A DNA stretch of 43,584 nucleotides from a virus (Duplodnaviria > Caudoviricetes). The stretch is taken from positions 1 to 43,584 of IMG/VR virus record IMGVR_UViG_3300020045_018745, one strand, 5' to 3'. Every line of letters starts with the position of its first letter. Within the stretch, counting starts at the first letter, position 1. The notes below the pieces were generated by a model. That model did no database searches. It was not told the DNA's origin and saw nothing but the letters and a program-made list of their open reading frames with translations. A program made the translations under genes and the position numbers. Positions 36,977 to 43,584 of the stretch are shown here, one piece after another.

Positions 36977-37978
36977 ATGAAATACAATAAAAAGCAACTG
37001 GCCTACTCGGTCAGGAAAATAAATGAAAGCAAATTAGGGCTGCTTCTTCGGATGTTCAGCTTTGCGATGCTGCTGTTTTTCGCTGTTTCGGCAGTGCTTA
37101 CGGTCGCCGATCCATCCAATGTAAAGCCAACGATGCAAATGGGCGCGGGTATGCTTATTTTGCTCACGATGGCCAATATTGGTAATATCACCCAACCAAA
37201 CGACCGCGAAACAGCCGGAAATCAATTAAGTTTCCAGCTGTGGTTAACGGCCCGCGACCAGGTTGATACTACGGTAGCTTTCCCGATGCCAAACGCCGCT
37301 CGTGAGATTGGAACTACACCACTGAAGGCCGGAGAAGTACAGCACATTTTCGAGGGAGTTGAAAATTCGTTGAAATATAGTGCCAAAGGCGATCATGGAG
37401 ACATTACTTCTACTTTTGAAAATACGATGTCGATCATTATCAGATACGCCGTTGATACGCTTAACTTTCTGGATGAATACCAGGGAAAAGGTTTTATCCT
37501 GAATTATAAAGAATGCGAAGATCTGGCCATCTACCAGCTTGGAACGTATGAGAAAGCGTTGATCCTGAAAAGTCACGAAGTGAAGAAAGATAAGGACGGT
37601 AAATATATTTCGCTGACCTTCACGAATGAGCATTGGCGAAAAGAAATGATACTTACCGGTTCGCTCACCACGTTGGCGCCGGTTGTAATTGGAGCTGCAG
37701 CCACTGCACTTGCCATCGTGAATGGCGTTGACACTTATTCGCTGACCAACGGAGCCGCAACAATTGCTACTGTTACCGGATTGGCTGAAGCTGACCATGG
37801 CAGATATATTACTGTTAAGGCACCGGCTGTTGATGGTGTTGCACCTGTTATTGCTGATAGTGCGGTTTTTGTACTTCGCGATGAAGTATCGTGGACCGCA
37901 AATCCGGGAAGCCAGATTATATTCCAGGTAATGGATTCAGATACGCTTATCGAAAAAAGCCGCATTCAAACGGCCTAA
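36977..37978 (+). CDS. Putative major tail (tube) protein with hydrophobic N-terminal extension
   Basis: 333 aa, beta-rich; position; C-terminal domain resembles the capsid C-terminus. Confidence 0.5.
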   Translation: MKYNKKQLAYSVRKINESKLGLLLRMFSFAMLLFFAVSAVLTVADPSNVKPTMQMGAGMLILLTMANIGNITQPNDRETAGNQLSFQLWLTARDQVDTTVAFPMPNAAREIGTTPLKAGEVQHIFEGVENSLKYSAKGDHGDITSTFENTMSIIIRYAVDTLNFLDEYQGKGFILNYKECEDLAIYQLGTYEKALILKSHEVKKDKDGKYISLTFTNEHWRKEMILTGSLTTLAPVVIGAAATALAIVNGVDTYSLTNGAATIATVTGLAEADHGRYITVKAPAVDGVAPVIADSAVFVLRDEVSWTANPGSQIIFQVMDSDTLIEKSRIQTA

Positions 37979-38016
37979 TCACTACTATTTTTCTATTTTC
38001 CCAATAGAATGCCCCG

Positions 38017-38050
38017 AGCCCAGTAATCCTATTCAGGACCTGGGCTTTTT
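38017..38050 (+). terminator. Intrinsic terminator
   Basis: AGCCCAG...CTGGGC-TTTTT. Confidence 0.6.
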
Positions 38051-38141
38051 CGTTGATATTACTCACTTCGACACGCTTCGCTGCTCAGTGAGCGCCGCTT
38101 CGATGATCATTGTTGATCCGGTACCTGAGCCTGTCGAAGGT

Positions 38142-38176
38142 GTCCTTTCCACTTTTTGCAATGCAAAATACATTTG
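38142..38176 (+). promoter_or_regulatory. Putative late promoter copy 6
   Basis: GTCCTTT-N24-TTTG. Confidence 0.7.
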
Positions 38177-38198
38177 ATCAAACTTTAAATTTTAAACC

Positions 38199-38990
38199 AT
38201 GAATTTTGCTGAAAAGAAACAAGCCTACGACCTGCTGCAGAGTCAGGAACATTTGGAAGCGGATAAAGAACTGCTCTTAAAGAAATCGCCCAAATCACCG
38301 GCGTTAAAAGTTGGAATGATTAATAGGGAACAAGCCCAGCGTGAAATAATATGGGCATTACTTGAAGTGGCCAGCGTGGAAGAAATTACAGATAACCGTC
38401 CAGCTCCGGTGAAAGAACTAACCAAAGAAGAAACGGATATGATCCTGGTAGAAGCTGCAAAGTTGACTAACCTTATACATTCAGTAAAAACGCTGGAAGA
38501 AAAAGAGGAGCTTATAAATCAGATCATAGAATTGATAAAACCTCTTCCGGATGAAGCTACCGAAATCATGCTGAAGTTACCTCTATCTATTGTTCCTGAC
38601 TTCGTTAAAACCGCTGAATTTGTTGAGAAGTTGCTTACCGTTGACTTTTTAACGGTTAAACAACCTGAACTTGCAAACATCGCCAGGGGATTAAAAATTG
38701 AAGCTCCCGATTATAAACTGGCTACTCTTCGCCCTATTCTGGAAGAGTATCGGTTAAACTTACCCAAAGAAGGCGCTGCTACCGGCGAAGAAATGATTCC
38801 GGTTGCTGCTCACTTGGAAACGGTTAACGTGTTGATCGAAGAAAAAGACGCACTTGTGGATGAACTGGAAGAAAAAGAACTCGAAAACGAGGATCTTCAG
38901 GAGCAACTTGAAGAAAAGGAAGCCAAATTATCAGACGCGGTGGCTGAGCTTGTCGAAGCCAAAAAAAAAGCGGACACGGATCCAGTTTAG
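38199..38990 (+). CDS. Acidic coiled-coil protein ending at an A9 slippery site
   Basis: 263 aa; AAAAAAAAAG at 38961-38970. Confidence 0.65.
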   Translation: MNFAEKKQAYDLLQSQEHLEADKELLLKKSPKSPALKVGMINREQAQREIIWALLEVASVEEITDNRPAPVKELTKEETDMILVEAAKLTNLIHSVKTLEEKEELINQIIELIKPLPDEATEIMLKLPLSIVPDFVKTAEFVEKLLTVDFLTVKQPELANIARGLKIEAPDYKLATLRPILEEYRLNLPKEGAATGEEMIPVAAHLETVNVLIEEKDALVDELEEKELENEDLQEQLEEKEAKLSDAVAELVEAKKKADTDPV

Positions 38991-39472
38991 TTCAGAAAGA
39001 AGAAGAGTATCCCGCGATTAAATGGGATAAATTGGAGGATCCGGAAGTTCAAAAGGCTGTTATTATCTACAATGACCGTGTCAATACCTATCGAAAAATG
39101 AAGGCAATTGATGCGGTCATTGATAAAGAGCCAACAGAAGACCTGGTGATTGATCTGGCAGAGCTCAGGAACCGAAATCTTCTCGCATTCAAAGAACTTC
39201 AAAACTTTAACGATACTGGAAAATGGCTCAACCGGCACCCGCTAATCGTTCACCATAGCATTCGGTTTAAATACAAGGAACTCCTGAATGATAAACCGGG
39301 AGAGTTCCTTGCTGAATACACCAATACGGCCAATAACGTGAGCCGATACAATAGCTTTCTGAATAATGGAAAAAGGTCGCCAAACCAACACGAAAAAGAT
39401 CGTGATAATCTTAAAAAACATGCCGAGCGCGAAGCAATTATGCGCGAAGTGTTGGAGGAAAATAAAAAATGA
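38963..39472 (+). CDS. Probable -1 frameshift extension of 38199-38990
   Basis: The -1 frame is open from the A9 run to 39472; the only early start codon is TTG 39032. Confidence 0.55.
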   Translation, partial: KKSGHGSSLVQKEEEYPAIKWDKLEDPEVQKAVIIYNDRVNTYRKMKAIDAVIDKEPTEDLVIDLAELRNRNLLAFKELQNFNDTGKWLNRHPLIVHHSIRFKYKELLNDKPGEFLAEYTNTANNVSRYNSFLNNGKRSPNQHEKDRDNLKKHAEREAIMREVLEENKK

Positions 39473-40779
39473 ACGAGTTAACTATTTTCAATCTTGGTAA
39501 TTTGCCCACGGCAGAGATCGACCAATTTAAGGAGCTGCAGGAAGATTTTAAAGTTTTTGATCCGGATAAGAACCTGAAGCTCCAGATGCTCATCATCACT
39601 CGTGGTTTTAAGTATGCATTCAAAGCATGGCAGGATCCTAACGGAACTTTATGGATCATCGATGCGCATCAGAGAAAAGCAGCCTTATTGATCCTTCGGA
39701 AGAATGGATTTATTATTCCACCCATCCCATACGAACCTATCCAGGCGAAAGACAAACGCGAAGCGGTGGAAGAAATCGCAGCTTACAATTCGGAGTTTGC
39801 AAAAAAGAATATAGATACTCAGTTGTTCGCTCATTACGATATCGGGATGGATACGCTCCAGCGTTTCAACCTGAATTTTGGAGATGAAACACTGGGATTC
39901 GAAAAAGAACACGCCTCGATTACCACGGATTACACCCAAATTGAAGAAGACGAAGCTCCGGAACTGGATGAGAAAAATATATTCTCGCGTGAGGGCGATA
40001 TCTGGCTGCTGGGCAAACATCGCCTGATGTGTGGCAGTAGTACTGTTTGGAACGATGTGAAGCGGCTAATGGCCGGAAAGCTGGCCAATCTGGTGGTGAC
40101 TGATCCTCCATACAATGTCAACTATGAGGGTAAGACAAAGGAAGCGCTTAAAATCAAAAACGATCACATGACCGGTGGCCAGTTCTACCAGTTCCTATTC
40201 GATTTTTATAGTAACATGTATCGGTCAATGCACGATGGTGCTTCTTATTACATTTTCCATGCCGATACTGGAGGGCATAATTTCAGGCAGGCGCTTCTTG
40301 ATGTACAATTTAAATTATCTCAGTGCCTGGTATGGGTGAAGCAGGCCTTCATCATGGGCCGTCAGGATTACCATTGGCAGCATGAACCCATACTTTATGG
40401 ATGGAAGCCCACCGGATCACATACCTGGTATGCTGACCGGAAACAATCGACAGTCATTGAATACGACAGGCCAACCCGGAACGATATCCACCCAACCATG
40501 AAGCCGGTTGGACTGATCGCATACCTGGTGCAGAACAGTTCGAAGCCTGGACAAATCATTGCTGACTTTTTCTCCGGATCCGGCGCCACAATCATGGCCT
40601 GCGAACAAACCGATCGGATCTGCTTCGCGATGGAACTGGATCCGGTCTATGTGGATCAGGATGTAAAACGTTTCTATAATTATCAAAACTGTGATGATAT
40701 TCGCCTGATTCGTGATGGGAAAGAGTATTTGTGGAATGAAATTAAAGATCAGCTATCATGGACCAAAGCAGCCTCATAA
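39469..40779 (+). CDS. DNA methyltransferase (N6-A/N4-C, beta order) with ParB-like N-terminal domain
   Basis: IIDAHQR ParB-like motif; TDPPYNV motif IV, HPTMKP, DFFSGSG motif I. Confidence 0.92.
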   Translation: MNELTIFNLGNLPTAEIDQFKELQEDFKVFDPDKNLKLQMLIITRGFKYAFKAWQDPNGTLWIIDAHQRKAALLILRKNGFIIPPIPYEPIQAKDKREAVEEIAAYNSEFAKKNIDTQLFAHYDIGMDTLQRFNLNFGDETLGFEKEHASITTDYTQIEEDEAPELDEKNIFSREGDIWLLGKHRLMCGSSTVWNDVKRLMAGKLANLVVTDPPYNVNYEGKTKEALKIKNDHMTGGQFYQFLFDFYSNMYRSMHDGASYYIFHADTGGHNFRQALLDVQFKLSQCLVWVKQAFIMGRQDYHWQHEPILYGWKPTGSHTWYADRKQSTVIEYDRPTRNDIHPTMKPVGLIAYLVQNSSKPGQIIADFFSGSGATIMACEQTDRICFAMELDPVYVDQDVKRFYNYQNCDDIRLIRDGKEYLWNEIKDQLSWTKAAS

Positions 40780-41060
40780 AAATCAGGAATTACGGTGCTT
40801 TGAAGTACACTCCGGAGCGAATATGTAAGATGCTTGGACTGTTTGGAGAAGATGCCCAACGGTTTCTGGTAGAGTTTCAGGACGAAGAAAACCAGATCAG
40901 GCAATTCTATGACCAGGGCGTGGCAATAGGCGACTACAATATTGATGCTGAGCTGGCCAAACAATCCGAAAAAGGCGACATCCTTTCCATTATCGAGCTG
41001 AATAACCGGCAACAACGAACCAGAATAAGCACGCTCAAAAAAGAACTTTTTGGAATATGA
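40758..41060 (+). CDS. Hypothetical protein (possible small terminase-like)
   Basis: 100 aa with HTH-like N-terminus; position. Confidence 0.5.
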   Translation: MDQSSLIKIRNYGALKYTPERICKMLGLFGEDAQRFLVEFQDEENQIRQFYDQGVAIGDYNIDAELAKQSEKGDILSIIELNNRQQRTRISTLKKELFGI

Positions 41061-41719
41061 ACTACTTAGCGCGCATTGAATCGCTTCATCCGGATATCAT
41101 TGAACACTTCATTGAGAACGGAATATCCAAGGCCATCCCGGAAGACCTCCAGCTGATCATCAAACAGCTATCGTGGGCGGTCGAAATATGGGAACTGGAA
41201 CGGAACATCAGTCGTGCTGCCAAAAAGCTTAAAATGGCTGTAAAAGCAAAGCAAGGCATCACGCTTGGAATAATGGTCTGTAAGCAGCGTATCAATGACG
41301 CGATGTTGTATTTCAATGTCAATAGTTCTGTTTCCAATAAATACTGGCTGCTCGATGCCGCTGATAAATTTGAGGACCTGGTAAAGCTTGCTATTGCCCA
41401 GGATAAACTTACCGAAGCCGGTCGTTTCCATGCAGCAGCGACTGATTATCGGATCAAGGCCAATGCGGAGCTTTCGCTGGCTGATCTTCCTGGAGTAACT
41501 TTTTTAATGTCTGATAAAATGACCTTGGACGAAATGGGATTTGAAAAGAAAAGCTTAAAGGAAATTGCCCGGAAACACAATGAAGGATTCTATATCAAAC
41601 TTATTACTCAGCTGCCGATAGATAAATCAGACAAAAGAAAACTTCTATACGATGCCGGAATTGAGGATGCACAAATAATTGAGGAACTAGACAATGATGG
41701 ACCAACAGGAAGTAACTAA
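41057..41719 (+). CDS. Putative terminase small subunit
   Basis: 220 aa helical protein overlapping the large terminase start. Confidence 0.5.
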   Translation: MNYLARIESLHPDIIEHFIENGISKAIPEDLQLIIKQLSWAVEIWELERNISRAAKKLKMAVKAKQGITLGIMVCKQRINDAMLYFNVNSSVSNKYWLLDAADKFEDLVKLAIAQDKLTEAGRFHAAATDYRIKANAELSLADLPGVTFLMSDKMTLDEMGFEKKSLKEIARKHNEGFYIKLITQLPIDKSDKRKLLYDAGIEDAQIIEELDNDGPTGSN

Positions 41720-43439
41720 TCTTGAAGAGTTATACATGAATCCGATGCAGATCAGAGCCAATCTGATTGATGCAAACGTGATAATTGCCCGGATTGCCAG
41801 AGCTTCCGGGAAGACTGAAGGTATAATCATCCCGCGTGTATTAAAGGTTGCATTTGAAATGCCTGGCGAAATTACATTCCTGATCCATAAAACCTATGTC
41901 GCGGCAATGACCAATATGATCCCTTCAATACTTGCCGGATTCAAGAAACCGATTGGCGAAAGGCAGGAACCCATGTTTAGAGAAGGGATTGATTATGTGT
42001 ATGGAGCTACAAAGCTACCTTCTCATTTCAAGGTTCCACGGCGACAGATCGCCTACCCAAAGCATTCACTTGTCATCAGATCAGGCCATCAATTTCAAAT
42101 AGTTTCATCTGATCAGCCGGAATCCATGGCTGGGCAGGATGGTGTTCATGCTATTGTGGAAGAAATGAAGCATAACAAGGGAGAGAAAGTTAAGACTAGG
42201 ATCTTCCCTGGGTTGCGTGGTGGTCCTTCATCTGTAAGAAACAATCATTTATACCAGGGAATCACAGGGGTATCGGATACTGCGCGTGTCGATCTTGGTG
42301 AAGACAACTGGTTTGAAGACTTCGAAAAGAACATGAATGTTGACCTGATTAATGAGCTGGCAACATCGGCAAAGCATCTGAATGATGCCATGGTGAGAAA
42401 GATTAGTTTCGAGCTCCGGATGAAGCAGGAAAAAAATCCACTTATTATAAAGGAAATCAGCAAGGAAATATGGAAGTGTGAGCATCTTATAAAGATGTGG
42501 GAGCCGATTGTCAGGGCACAAAGAAAGGCTGCAACCTATTATATTACAGCTTCATCATTCGTGAATAAGGATATTTTAGGAGTTGGGTTCTTTAAAACTC
42601 AGTTCGAATCGTTAACCCTGGATGAGTTCCTGACCGCCATTTGCAACATCGCTCCTAAGCAAATTGTCAACATGTTCTTTGGAAACTTTAAGAAAAGTAA
42701 GCACTGCTTTTCAGACAGCTATAAATACAATTCAATCCTTCAGTTTGACTTAAAAGACAATTTCAAGTTAACAGCCGGTTACCTGAAATACTTTAACCCA
42801 AAAGAACCACTGATTTTAATGTATGATCCTGGTCACTTCTCCAGCGTGATAGTCGGGCAATTCAATAAAAAGGCCAATGAATTGCGCATCATTAAAGAGT
42901 TCTTTGTTTGGCATCCCAAACAGCAGTCGGATATGGCCCGGATGATACATGCCTTTTTCTATGATGATAGCAGCTGTCACCGGATTGAACTATACTATGA
43001 CCGTGCCGGGAATAAACGCCGCGAAATCCAGGCGAAAATTACCACAGATGCAAAGCAATTAAAGATGGAACTGGAAGTATTAGGCTTTCGGGTCCGACTT
43101 CAGAACGAAAAACAGCGGACAATCTTCTATTATGAACACTATAAATTAGCTCTGATTCTGTTTGGTGAAGAGCTACGCAACACTCCACGCATCAAAATAT
43201 GCGAGAATGAATGTCCTAATTTGGTATCAGCGATACACCTTTCACCACTTCGCCATACGGACGATGGAAAGATTGAACTAGACAAAACAAGCGAGGATAA
43301 AGTAGCGCTACCATACCAGGCCGGGCTTACTACCCAGCTACCTTCAGCGCTCACTTATGGACTGTTCGGTCTGTTTCAGCAATTCCTTCCGAACAACATC
43401 AAGCGCAAACAAACCATGCCCGACAATATTTCTACATAA
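41694..43439 (+). CDS. Terminase large subunit
   Basis: Walker A ARASGKT, Walker B AIVEE, RNase H-like YDPG and YYDRAG acidic motifs. Confidence 0.8.
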   Translation: MMDQQEVTNLEELYMNPMQIRANLIDANVIIARIARASGKTEGIIIPRVLKVAFEMPGEITFLIHKTYVAAMTNMIPSILAGFKKPIGERQEPMFREGIDYVYGATKLPSHFKVPRRQIAYPKHSLVIRSGHQFQIVSSDQPESMAGQDGVHAIVEEMKHNKGEKVKTRIFPGLRGGPSSVRNNHLYQGITGVSDTARVDLGEDNWFEDFEKNMNVDLINELATSAKHLNDAMVRKISFELRMKQEKNPLIIKEISKEIWKCEHLIKMWEPIVRAQRKAATYYITASSFVNKDILGVGFFKTQFESLTLDEFLTAICNIAPKQIVNMFFGNFKKSKHCFSDSYKYNSILQFDLKDNFKLTAGYLKYFNPKEPLILMYDPGHFSSVIVGQFNKKANELRIIKEFFVWHPKQQSDMARMIHAFFYDDSSCHRIELYYDRAGNKRREIQAKITTDAKQLKMELEVLGFRVRLQNEKQRTIFYYEHYKLALILFGEELRNTPRIKICENECPNLVSAIHLSPLRHTDDGKIELDKTSEDKVALPYQAGLTTQLPSALTYGLFGLFQQFLPNNIKRKQTMPDNIST

Positions 43440-43584
43440 ACTCTCTTTTTTTGCCAATAATCGCCAAAAAACCCATAAAAACGGGCAGTATTGATAGTTT
43501 TCAAACTATTAGGCCGTTTGAATGCGGCTTTTTTCGATAAGCGTATCTGAATCCATTACCTGGAATATAATCTGGCTTCCCGGA

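Noticed and set aside
39469-40779. Restriction-modification system
   Set aside because: No cognate endonuclease seen; orphan ParB-methylase genes near the terminase are common in phages

Overview
Near-complete, circularly permuted genome of a temperate tailed phage, probably of a Bacteroidota host (Bacteroidota-type TAnnTTTG promoters, DUF4468 and Fib_succ_major-like genes). Modules: portal, neck and tail genes (186-17408) with a HicAB/DUF4468 moron inserted; lysis (17469-18944); a tyrosine integrase next to an apparently intact attP matching the tmRNA 3' end; a repressor/Cro switch; an early and replication region (21305-31857); a putative origin; then protease, capsid, tail tube, methylase and terminase (33878-43439). 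The main finding is a diversity-generating retroelement (DGR) in the early region: RT 24357-25316 and template repeat 24174-24251, with adenine-specific variation in two tandem small paralogous non-tail proteins whose variable repeats are internal, and no recognisable avd gene. Other notable signals are a circularly permuted Fib_succ_major-like tail-region protein, six exactly spaced copies of a putative late promoter (one with no ORF behind it, possibly driving an sRNA), an fMet-like tRNA body with a GCA anticodon, a probable -1 frameshift, and an in-frame stop in the putative portal. All family calls come from motif recognition by eye, not database searches.
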